NCBI RefSeq assembly: GCF_037042905.1
Contig: NC_087245.1
Span: 3,474,001-3,538,000 of the forward strand
Reading direction: 5' to 3'
Origin: Lytechinus pictus
Taxonomy: Eukaryota
DNA: 64,000 nt
The notes under the pieces are model-generated. The model worked only from the letters and a program-made list of their open reading frames with translations, was not told the origin of the DNA and searched no databases. Positions 51,201 through 60,384 of the stretch are shown piece after piece. A program made the translations under genes and the position numbers. Each line of letters starts with the position of its first letter. The stretch's first letter is position 1.

Positions 51201-53164
51201 ACATCACATTTTCTTTGTGAATTTGAAGAGAAATGACCTTCAGACTGACAGAAATGTAAAATTTTTGAAAAAAATCCAATTATTGGCTGCAAAAAAGAAG
51301 AATGAAATCGGGTAAATTTTCAGCATTTCTCTGCCATAGACTGTGTAGTTAAGAAATGGACACACACAAATCCAAATTTTTAGCTTCCGAGAGCTGTTAT
51401 AAATTTATTATTAATGCCAAAAACTTGTCCATAAAGAGTCCAATAGGATTTTTTATGCTCTATCTGATGGTATGATTTTTATAAAGATTTGGAAACCAGA
51501 TCACAATGAAAAATTGCGACAAAGTGAAAAATATTGTGCAAAACAGAAATTTCATTTTCCCATAGAAAACGCATGGAGAAATGGCAATTTCAACACACAC
51601 AAAAATAAGGATTTGCAATTTATCTCTAAATCCTTATTTAAAATGATCATATAAACTTGTCCTTACTGTCAGAAGAAGCCCCTGAATTTTCTATTTCCAT
51701 ACTAGACCAAAAGCTTCAGTCTCTGTATTTTGGTTGTTCCGCTGAACTACGTTGGCTCCACTCACCATACATAGACTGAAGGGGATGGGGCCCCGTACCT
51801 ACAGCCAACGTATAGTGAACTAGCGTTTTATAGATCGTGATTTAAAACTGTTTTTTAAGCAAAATTGAAAGTTTCATGGTTTCCATTATCATGGAAATAT
51901 AAATAAATTAAGTAATTGCATACCTTGGGCCGGAGTTATTGAAAAAAATCCTCTGGATGATTGAGAAATCTGTCATCTAAGACATTTTCACCTGACCTGA
52001 CGGTTTTTCTTGCAAGTTGCCATCTTGAATGACGTCATTATCGTATTAACTTAATGTCTCGAATCGATATATCGCGATTATAACTAGTACTCGTACTAGT
52101 ATAACTAGTATCGTTTATCTTCGGTTTCGTTCGCATATGGAGCAGATCGTATAATATCGAAAGCAATATCGATATCACATTCGTGATTGTTGACGTTCGT
52201 TTGTAAATATTTTATAGTTTGGCTGCCATTTTGACCATTTTTATCGTGTTCAACCCAATTAAACATCGGTAAAGTATATTTTTCATGCCTTTTTCATCTA
52301 TATCGTTTGAAGTATTTAAATGTTGGAATATCATCAATTAAAAGTTTGTTGTTTATACATCCTTAGATTGTAAATTCGATGTGTAAAATTACATCAAACT
52401 TTGGACTGTGAATTGACAAAAGGGAGGGAATGAGAACACATGCGAGCCCACACGTACACCCTACCGTCGGTAAATGGGGATTACAGTAAAATGTCAGAAA
52501 TTGTTGAATAAATCCCCAGAAACGACGGTTATTCCTGTCTATTTCCATACATGCCAAACACAAGTTAATAATCAGTTCAGATCACATTTTTCTAGTAGCC
52601 TGAACTTCCCCGAAAAAATGTGCCATATTTCCCCTAAATTAGCCTGTTTTATGCTGACACTTTTCAGTGTGGCTTCAGACACCCTAATAGTACTAGCCCC
52701 CCCCCCCCCCCCCCCCCCCCCTGGATCCGCCTATGAAGTAGCTCACTGCACTATCTCCCGATCATGCCAGTTTACTTTGGTAAAGAAGTTAGACTTATTA
52801 ATATGTCTTATGACGGTGTTGAGAAACGGACCCCTGCAATTTATATTTACCATATATGCAAAAAGGCAAGTCAATGGCATTGGCAATGCAATGGCTGCAT
52901 GCACGCACCCTATCGGTGAGGCAACACTCCACATTCACTTCGTACGGATACACTGTCTGTAGCGATCGAACATACCGGCGCCGGAATCGTAGTCCGGACA
53001 TGTCATGTACCAAAATGTGAAATTGACAACCAATTACTGACAAAAATAAATTCTTCAAGCGTTGCAACCACACTTACATCTCCTGAGCTATTTGCAATGT
53101 CATCCCCTTCCTTGGTTTCACTGTCATCAAGCCGAACTCTCCTCCGACGTCGTCTGTCCGCCAT
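33197..53164 (-). CDS. CASC3: CASC3 / MLN51 / Barentsz, exon junction complex subunit; 13 coding exons, 3600 nt, 1199 aa
   Basis: N-terminus MADRRRRR; SELOR/Btz domain LDDDEDRKNPQFVPRKGPYYMHD...KLWQNEDRWRHDRFVEEDQAPKSSQELRDIYGMDIR; PKRYSSQRQR; Pro-rich C-terminus with GGITYY. All introns are GT-AG and phase-consistent. Confidence 0.96.
33631..33921 (-). CDS. CASC3: CASC3 exon 12 (Pro-rich; GGITYYSPELQQ...IEVPPDR)
   Basis: atag| acceptor, |gtaagt donor, 291 nt, conserved GGxTYY motif. Confidence 0.92.
34578..34852 (-). CDS. CASC3: CASC3 exon 11 (Pro/Gln-rich)
   Basis: ccag| acceptor, |gtagga donor, 275 nt, phase 1 to 0. Confidence 0.9.
35090..36520 (-). mobile_element. Helentron-like (HINE/DINE-type) element, copy A, interrupted by an L2
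   Basis: Internal tgacc(t)ttgaccttggtcatgtgacctgaaact subrepeats, (GCC/GAC)n tract, terminus gcaggcgagacaaaaa; the other terminus is eroded. Confidence 0.75.
35417..36125 (-). mobile_element. 5'-truncated L2 LINE with (CAT)n tail and CATT target duplication
   Basis: ORF2 C-terminus LVHAFVTTQLDIYNS, RLQRLQNMAARL, HITPILRDLHWLPV, GDRAFYISGPKLWNSLP; tail gcgctatacaag then (cat)n; catt at 35413-35416 and 36126-36129. Confidence 0.93.
36650..36850 (-). CDS. CASC3: CASC3 exon 10: (G)YQSRGDYLAHTPPPQPPPM...PDMHA
   Basis: gcag| acceptor, |gtaaga donor, 201 nt, phase 1 to 1. Confidence 0.9.
37115..37920 (-). mobile_element. Helentron-like element, copy B
   Basis: Subterminal inverted repeats gtctcacctgc / gcaggcaagac, internal tandem subrepeats, (GCC)n tract, A-run flank. 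Confidence 0.82.
38099..38195 (-). CDS. CASC3: CASC3 exon 9: RGRPKRYSSQRQRSQDG...GRDR
   Basis: gacag| acceptor, |gtagga donor, conserved KRYSSQRQR. Confidence 0.93.
38622..39025. mobile_element. hAT-like MITE
   Basis: TIRs CAGACCTGCCGACC / GGTTGGCAGGTCTG; flanks only partly match (ctttaatt / ctaattcc). Confidence 0.7.
39659..39711 (-). CDS. CASC3: CASC3 exon 8: (V)AVDGQEESRQERYDRRE
   Basis: ttcttag| acceptor, |gtaaga donor, 53 nt; required to bridge phase 1 to phase 0. Confidence 0.88.
39945..40625 (-). mobile_element. Helentron-like element, copy C (most complete)
   Basis: aacaagtggaatgcctctggcagtctcacctgc ... 163-bp subrepeats ... gcaggcaagacaaaaa; short palindrome tgcc-tct-ggca next to the subterminal repeat. 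Confidence 0.85.
41148..41537. mobile_element. MITE with ~40-bp imperfect TIRs
   Basis: GGTGGATTCACAATACGGTGCGCTATCTATCGGTTGTAGCG / CGCTGCAACCAATAGATGGTGCACCATATTGTGAATCCACC. Confidence 0.8.
41579..42837 (-). CDS. CASC3: CASC3 exon 7 (1259 nt; R/D/E/Q/Y mixed-charge low-complexity region)
   Basis: tttag| acceptor, |gtaatg donor; lies within the 445-aa ORF; phase 2 to 1. Confidence 0.92.
43477..43755 (-). CDS. CASC3: CASC3 exon 6 (SELOR C-half plus (RG)10)
   Basis: ctcag| acceptor, |gtagaa donor, KLWQNEDRWRHDRF...QAPKS. Confidence 0.95.
43943..44070 (-). CDS. CASC3: CASC3 exon 5 (SELOR N-half)
   Basis: ttctag| acceptor, |gtaagg donor, LDDDEDRKNPQFVPRKG. Confidence 0.96.
44681..45090 (-). 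CDS. CASC3: CASC3 exon 4 (acidic; three LEEGEI)
   Basis: ttcacag| acceptor, |gtatgc donor, 410 nt, ends ERQSGDGE. Confidence 0.92.
45355..45736 (-). CDS. CASC3: CASC3 exon 3 (acidic, P/T-rich)
   Basis: actag| acceptor, |gtcagt donor, 382 nt open, phase 0 to 1. Confidence 0.85.
46176..46831 (-). mobile_element. Helentron-like element, copy D (one end truncated)
   Basis: Same terminus and 163-bp subrepeats as copies B and C; stops at gcgcctatagtc. Confidence 0.82.
47282..47386 (-). CDS. CASC3: CASC3 exon 2: ESDTILDEDEESDYASADEVEAPLSTNQQLDDNDK
   Basis: ctacag| acceptor, |gtaggt donor, 105 nt, SDYxSA motif. Confidence 0.9.
47998..49852. mobile_element. Non-autonomous hAT-like element
   Basis: TIRs CAAGGCTCGACATTA / TAATGTGGAGCCTTG; cctaatg directly repeated on both flanks (7 bp exact); clustered subterminal GGCCACC/GGTGGCC motifs. 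Confidence 0.85.
50725..50975. mobile_element. DNA transposon remnant with repeated GTTCCAACTTACCCC motifs
   Basis: Four copies of the motif, one inverted (ggggtaagttggaac). Confidence 0.5.
51920..52275. promoter_or_regulatory. Candidate intronic bidirectional promoter in CASC3 intron 1
   Basis: CpG-rich; AATGACGTCATT palindrome, GCCATCTT and GCCATTTT (YY1-like), TATCGATA; outward-facing splice donors on both strands. Confidence 0.5.
53078..53164 (-). CDS. CASC3: CASC3 exon 1 coding part: MADRRRRRRVRLDDSETKEGDDIANSSGD
   Basis: gaaATGG context, |gtaagt donor, MADRRR N-terminus. Confidence 0.95.
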
Positions 53165-53260
53165 TTCACAACTAATCCCCGAGCTACAATTCTAGGGTCA
53201 AAGGTCAACAATCACCGCACCGGCACCACGTGCGCCGCGCCCGAAAAGTTTCTGTGGCAA
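53165..53260 (-). promoter_or_regulatory. CASC3 5' UTR/core promoter with DR1, E-box and GC-rich tract
   Basis: GGGTCAAAGGTCA (53195-53207), CACGTG, GCGCCGCGCCCG. Confidence 0.65.
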
Positions 53261-53749
53261 ACATTTTCCTATTCATTTATTTCAAATCTTTATCCTGAGT
53301 TGCGGCCTTGCTCAGCTTTATACAAACAAATATCTGAAATTACACCATGTATACAATTAAGAAGTTCATTAAAAAAATCACTGGTCTTCCACGTACAGGC
53401 TCTACATTATTATCTAAAAACACATAATTCATAACATAAAGAAAACTAAAACAAGTTCATTATAAGAGTCTTCACATCAAAACAAAAGAAAAGAAGAAAT
53501 GCACGCACATCAAAATAAGACTCAGAACATAGAGATGTATAGTAAACATCTCTATGACTCAGAATGAGAAAGTAAAAGGAAATGTTAAGAGAGGGAGAGA
53601 AAGAGGGAGTGATAGATAGAGGCAGACAGAGGGGGGGGGGGTGGAGAGGCAGAGAGAGAGAAAAAACAAATGTGAGAGAATAAGGGGGGGAGTTCAGGAG
53701 CAAAGAAAATTATGTAATTATGTAATATTAACGATGCTTAATTTGACTA

Positions 53750-54073
53750 CAGGAGGATCCAGCCTTCGCCAATAGAGGGGGGCGGATTTTTTTCAACCAT
53801 ATTTTCCCGATCGGCCGCTCGAAGTTGATTTTTGTTTGTTTCTTTGAAGGGGTAGTCCTAATTGTCAAGGCTTTGCTTTATTCTTATGAATCAACATCAA
53901 TAGGTCCTAAGAGGCTAATCTCATTTATAAGCCTTATTTAAATATTGCGAGCACAAAGCGCGAGCTAATTTTTTTTACTTCATGTAGTTTGTTCTAAAAA
54001 TTTAACATTCTGGGCAATGTGTGTGATCCTGAACAAGATGTGCATAACTGCGAGCGCGAAGCGCCAGCAGAAA

Positions 54074-54075
<2 letters not shown>
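53750..54075. mobile_element. Truncated copy of the CAGGGGCGGATCCAG-ended element
   Basis: Aligns by eye with 58943 onward (ggatccagccttcgccaatag...ccgatcgg.cgctcga...tttgaaggggtagtcctaa). Confidence 0.75.
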
Positions 54076-54116
<41 letters not shown>

Positions 54117-54190
54117 AAAGAAATTTCTTTTAGTTCTTTACAATATTTAAAATAAAAAGATTTGCCAAAGCTGTTGTACATGTATAACTT

Positions 54191-54255
<65 letters not shown>

Positions 54256-55046
54256 CTGTATTTTGTATACTGTTCTGTCATATTCATATGTGAATCTTTT
54301 TCCGTGTACAAACATTTGTAATTCAGCCATTGGCTGCCAAGAATGTTTTGATGCCTAATAAAGACAATTATTATTGTGTACTGACTTTACTTTACAGGCA
54401 ATTCGAGCATTTTGCCCGGCCCTTTTCTTTTCATATCTTTCCTTCCTCTTTTAACGCCCCCTTTTTGCATACGGGGGGGGGCTGAGGGGCGGGCCACCCC
54501 CAGAGTACGCGAAGGATCATAATTATATTACAGAGGATGATAAAGGTATATTATCAATTAAATATTAGAAGAAAAGGAAAAGGAAATATAAAGAGCAAAT
54601 GATTATTAAACAGTCCATATTAATTTAATTCGTTCAATGAAAACTCATTTGCTCACTGGTTAAAGATGAAATGAGAATGAAAATAAATGGGATCATGATT
54701 ATCGGGAATAAGGATTCTTTTTATAGGCCATCACAGGCCACAATATATACTTCCAAAACTTGGAAATAGCATATCATGTAAATTAAATGGAAATAATATA
54801 GAGAAAGGAAATATTTTGAATAATCTTTAAGATTATACTGGGAGATGATGCAACGTTCAAAATTTTGAAGAAAAAAAAATGTATTTGACTAATTATCAGA
54901 TTGTTATGGAATTAATAAAAGTCTCCTATAAACGGATGTTATTATTGTATGTGTGTGTGGGAAATGTTTAAGTGTGTGTGAAATGTCGCTGTGATAACCA
55001 GCCCCTGTGATTTGGCCAATGTCATCAGTAACTCATTTAATTATAG

Positions 55047-56432
55047 CAGTGGCGTAACTACGGGGGGGGGGATTGGGGGGGCACGTGCCCCCCCCCCCCC
55101 CAATCGGCTGGCCAAAAAAAAAAAAACGGGGAAAAGGAGAAAAAGAGGGAGAAAGGGAAAGAAACGTAGTGGGGAAAGAGGAAATTATTGTTAATTATAA
55201 TGTTACATTATGTTATAATTATGTTATGTTATATGAAACATAATTTGCGCAGGGCCTATGTCTTCATTGTTCCTGGTGCTCGCAGTGTATGTTTAACAAT
55301 ATATATAATCCTGTTGTACTAAAACCTCCTGTTTTCAAGTCAATTTACACCCAATATATTTCCTCGCACTTTGAATTATTATTGTTTATGTAGTGACATA
55401 TGCTTCTATTTCATGACTACTTAAAGTGATTGCCCCATTTTAAGGTCTTAATATAAACCATTTCCTGTCTGTGCTTACGTTCGCATTCGTGGATTGGTGA
55501 GATATGTCTGTTCTTCATGAATTCCCAAAATCAGTCGTTAAAATGTCCCTTTTTCTGATCTGAATATCAAAAATTTTCAGCTTGCGCTTCGCGCTCGCAT
55601 CATTTGGTTAGTGAGATGCGTATATGATAATGACTACAAAAAGTGCTTCATGTGTCTTTTACATGTAATTCTAACAAGATCAGCATGCGTTTGGCACTCG
55701 CATTAGATGACTATGGTGAGATATGTACTCTTAATGGATTCCTTTAAAAAATAGTCCTTATATCCCTGTTTTGGGTCAATGATATGCAAAAATTTAAGCT
55801 TGCGCTTCGCGCTCACATATTTTTGTTAGTGAAATACGTATGATCTTCGTGAATTCCTACAAACAAGCATTAAAATGTCCCTCTTCAGGTCTGAATTTCC
55901 TAAATTTTCAGCTCGCGCTTCGCGCTCGCAATATTTGATTAGTGAGATGCGTATGTTAACCATGATTACAATGATTACAAAAAGTGCTTCATGTGTTTAG
56001 ATGTATATTATTCTAACAAAATCAGCAAGAGATTGGCACTCACAATAGATGACTATGGTGAGATATGTATACCCTTAATGGATTCCTAAAATATAGTCCT
56101 TAAAATGTCCCTGTTTGGGTCAATATATACAAAAATTTCAGCTCGCGCTTCGCGCTCGCATGGTTTGTTTAGCGAGACAGGTATGTATTATTATTACAAG
56201 AATTTGCTTATAATGTCCTTTTTAGGTCTGAATTTCAAAAAAATTCAGCTCGCGCTTCGCGCTCGCATTATGTGATCAGTGAGATACATATCCGTTTAAT
56301 GACACTGTCCTAAAAATGTCTCTATTATGTCAGTATACCTGGCAACTGAGCGCACTTCGCGCGCTCTTTAAGTGACTCAAAATTTTTGCTGGTGCCCCCC
56401 CCCCCCATGCCGTGACCCACGGTACGCCACTG
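55047..56432. mobile_element. Non-autonomous hAT element with 8-bp TSD and internal tandem repeats
   Basis: TIRs CAGTGGCGTA / TACGCCACTG; TSD AATTATAG on both sides; recurrent GCTCGCGCTTCGCGCTCGCA units. Confidence 0.93.
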
Positions 56433-57341
56433 AATTATAGGGTATATATATTTTGTGGACATTATCCCCCACTTCAACAAAGATGCTAGGATAATCATGA
56501 CCCCCCCCCCCCCATAGCGCCAGTGTATATAGTCAATTGATGTTTTGCTTGGCTTATGATCAAAGTTATAACTATATTTAAAAGTCCTGGTATCATCTAT
56601 TTCATAAATGGACGTATTCTTACCATAGTCTCATGATGCAGGGATATGTAACATGTGCAATAAGCTAAACATGCATGGGGATTTGTTATGGCTAAAATCT
56701 TTTAAGTTTAATTAAAGCGCAGGAGGATCGGAGCAACCGCGCGAGAAATTTTGCATATATTTAGAATGCAAAATTGGGCAAATTTAAGCATTTTGACCGC
56801 ATTTAAAGATGAATCCACGCATAAACAATAGTAGATATAATTTGACTATTAAAAAAATAAAATATCGTTTCTTTCTTGAAAAGTTGGGGATAATTGTACA
56901 ATGCAATCTCCCCCCCCCCCCTTCTTCTCCGGCGCCCCTGTTTTAGAAAGCATCCAAATTCAACATTCATAATTATGATTCAATAAGAGAGAGAGAAAAA
57001 TAATGAAATATAAGATTTCTCTTCGTTGTTCCTACTTATACAGCAAGACGTCTTCTATAGAAATAAGATCCCCGAATGTGATATTTCATGGCGGGAGATC
57101 TTTGACAATCCTTGAATTTCAAACAAAGACCCTGGTGTAAATCCGATCCGAGCAGTGGGGGGGGGGGGGATGAAAGCAATACATTGACCTGAAAATTAAG
57201 AATTTTGGGAACACCCCCATACCTAAGGCTATGTATACAGGGGTATATATCCGTGTACATAATATTTTACCTTTTAGTTAAAGGCCTCTAAGGATTTGTT
57301 TTTCAATGGCTATAATAATGAATTTGTTGTGTTATAAATTA

Positions 57342-57536
57342 CACTCTTAAAAACGTTGGGCAACATACGGTCCACACAACAATTGGTTAAAACTTTATCA
57401 AATTCTGAGTAGCTTTAAACCAATAATGTGTGCTTTTGGTGAAAACTACACAGTATTGGTTGAAAACTACCCAGAGTTGGATATGTTTTAACCAATTGTT
57501 GTGTGGACCGTATGTTGCCCAACGTTTTTAAGAGTG
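57342..57536. mobile_element. Palindromic MITE, copy 2 of 8642-8838
   Basis: Near-identical sequence with TA flanks. Confidence 0.92.
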
Positions 57537-58942
57537 TACTGAACTACAGTTAATATCCAAATGCGAGCGAGCGAGCAAATTTCAGTAGTTGGAAGACATG
57601 ATAACCTAAATCGTCTTTCATGAGGTATATGAATTTTGGGTAATGTGGCGAATGACCATAGCGAAAAACAAATCCTTAGAGCGAGCAAATTTTCAGTAGG
57701 TGGAAGAAAGAGTGTTGCCCCAAAACCTCTTCCAAGTGGTGTGTAATTATCATATCACTGGCTATTAATATGTACCATAATGTACAGGGGTATATAACTG
57801 CGTGCATAACACTACCACCTTGCACTTGTCGGACTATCACAATGATGGTTACATTGTAATGAATTTGTTGTGACGTAAACTACTTGATTACAGTATCCAA
57901 ATGCGAGAAAGCGAAGCGAGTAAGCAAATTTTCAATAGTTGGAAGAAACAGAAACAGAATGATTATCAAATCGTCTTTCAAGGGAGTGTAATAAGAAAAA
58001 TTGCGGCGGTGATCGTAGTTAGCAAGCCGTTTAAAATAATATGCATTAAATACAGAGGATGATAAGGGTATACTAAACGTAAACTTTATAATGATATGAA
58101 TAAGAAATATATAAAAAGAGCAAACAGGAATTTAAATAGTCGAGTTTTGTTCAATGAAGACTCATTTGCTCACTGGTCAAAGGTGAAATGAGAATGAAAA
58201 CAAATATAGCATCATGATTATCGGGAAAAAGGTGCCATATGAAATGATCATATAGGCCTTCATAGGCCACAATATAAACTTCCAAAAACGTGGAAATATC
58301 ACAATGATGAATATGAAAATGAAAGATTTTGAATAATCTTTAAAATTATCCTCGGAGATGATGCAACATTCAAAATTTTGAGAAAAATCATTTATGAAAC
58401 ATTTATTACATTGTTGTGATACTTAATATGATTAAATGGATAATGGCAAAGATGAATGTTTCATTAACGGCATCGATTTGATTAATGTCATCAGTAACTC
58501 ATCGCATATACTTTTGAAGAATATGGTAGGCCAAATATTTTTTGTACGAAATCCCCGCTCCCACAAAGAGATGACCTCCTCCCATATTCACGAAAGTGTA
58601 TTTAAAGGATGTTTTAATTCGTTTGTGACAAAAGTTATAATCATATTTGAAAGTCATTGGAATCACATATTCATAAGTGGACTTATTATAACTAAACTCC
58701 CATGAAACCAGTGGACATCCTTTGCAAGCTAAACGAAGGGATTTGTCACGGCCAAATTCTTCTAAGAATAGCGACCGCGCGAGAAATTATATGCATTATT
58801 AGAATGCAAAATTGGGCCAATTTAACACTTTGACTGCATTTTAAAGATAAATCCACACATTAACAGGAGTTTTAACCATTTGATGATCTAACAAATATTT
58901 GTTCTATTTTGGAATGTGGGGGATGATTGTACATGCCATCCC

Positions 58943-59900
58943 CAGGGGCGGATCCAGCCTTCGCCAATAGGGGGGGGGGGGCGGCGGATTTTTTTTCTTC
59001 AGCCAGCCATATTTCCCCGATCGGGCGCTCGATGATGATTGTTTGGTTTCTTTGAAGGGGTAGTCCTAATAGTCACTTCTTAGCTTTATTATTATGAATT
59101 AACATGAATATATAATATCATAATTCTTATTTATATTATGCGAGCGCGAAGCGCGAGCTAATTTTTTTGATATATCGTGCATTTTTTCCTGAAATTTGAA
59201 CATTCTGGGCAACGTTTGTTATCCTGAAAAAGATGTGTATGCAACTAAATAATTACTACGAACGCGAACAGCAGTGAACTGAGTGGAAAAGGTTCCTGTT
59301 ATGCATGCAGTTAGCCATGAAGACGTTATATATTAAATCAAATAATGCAAGCGCGAAGCGCGAGCTGATTTTTTTTACATTTTTACCTTAAGAATGGAAA
59401 TTCTAAGCACTTTTTGTAACTTAAACAAAATAGGTATATAACAAAACAATTGATGCGAGCGAGAAGCGCGAGCGAAAGATTTCGAGATTTAGACCTACTG
59501 AACGAGACACTATTCATGTTTTGTAAATCATGAAAAGGATGAGTAATTGGGGATCTTCCTTACATTAATAATGTGAGCGCAAAGCGCGAGCAGAAAATTT
59601 TGATATACGTTTTGAACTGATCGAAAACTAAAAGATACCTGTTAAGGACTGCTTGCACTTAGCCATGAAGACGTTACATATTTCAACAATCAAATAATGC
59701 GAGCGCGAAGCGCGAGCTTAAAAATTTTGATATTTCTACATATAAAATGGAAAATTTGATCAATTTTTATAATCGTGAACAGGATAGCTATATAACTAAG
59801 CAATTGATGCGAGTGCGAAGCGCGAGCGAAAAAATAATGATTTAGACCTAAAAACGATACACTTTATTCATGTTTTGTAAATCACGAAAAGAATGAGTAA
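58943..59900. mobile_element. Non-autonomous DNA transposon (CAGGGGCGGATCCAG terminus) with GCGAGCGCGAAGCGCGAGC tandem units; right end not seen
   Basis: Terminus plus about seven motif copies at ~120-bp spacing. Confidence 0.8.
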
Positions 59901-60384
59901 TACCCCTTTCATAAACCCAATACAACATATCCTCCAATTAGCCGCCTAAGAGTAATGCGGATAATTCAATAAAAATTGCGTTCATAAACTCCGAAAATTA
60001 TTTTTACGAGCGCCCGTCCTGAAAAAGGCGGATAATCGTCATGACAACTGGACACGCCCCCTCCGATGCGGTTGTGTTGGAAAAGGGTGACCTTGTGACC
60101 GCACCAAAGACCTTATAATATATTACTAGACCGAAAGCTGCGTGCGCGTTCAGCACAAAACGAATGAGATTAGGCTCCGCCTACCGCGATCATTTGAAGA
60201 CAAAAATAAGCCCTCATTGACATTCATGAGCATACAAATATTCATAATCCGGCCTTTTCATTGGCTAAGAGCGTCATTAATACGCGATTTTCCCGATTCT
60301 TTGTCATCGATACTAGTGGTATCGTGTTACAGAATTAATTATTCATTTGACCTCACTACGTCATCTAATTTATTCATTCTGAAA

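Larger units (their letters stand above)
54529..58942. repeat. Old local duplication: (54529-55046 + 56433-56910) versus 58051-58942
   Basis: Colinear blocks tacagaggatgataa, ctcatttgctcactggt, ggagatgatgcaac, gtcatcagtaactcat, accgcgcgagaaatt and ttagaatgcaaaattggg occur in both copies. Confidence 0.85.

Noticed and set aside
51766..51775. 10-nt minus-strand microexon (ttcag|TCTATGTATG|gtgagt)
   Set aside because: Frameshifting, with a G/C-rich acceptor context, and lies within an inverted-repeat patch that looks transposon-derived.
52474..52962. 162-aa plus-strand ORF
   Set aside because: Runs through a poly-C transposon end in CASC3 intron 1; no recognisable protein.
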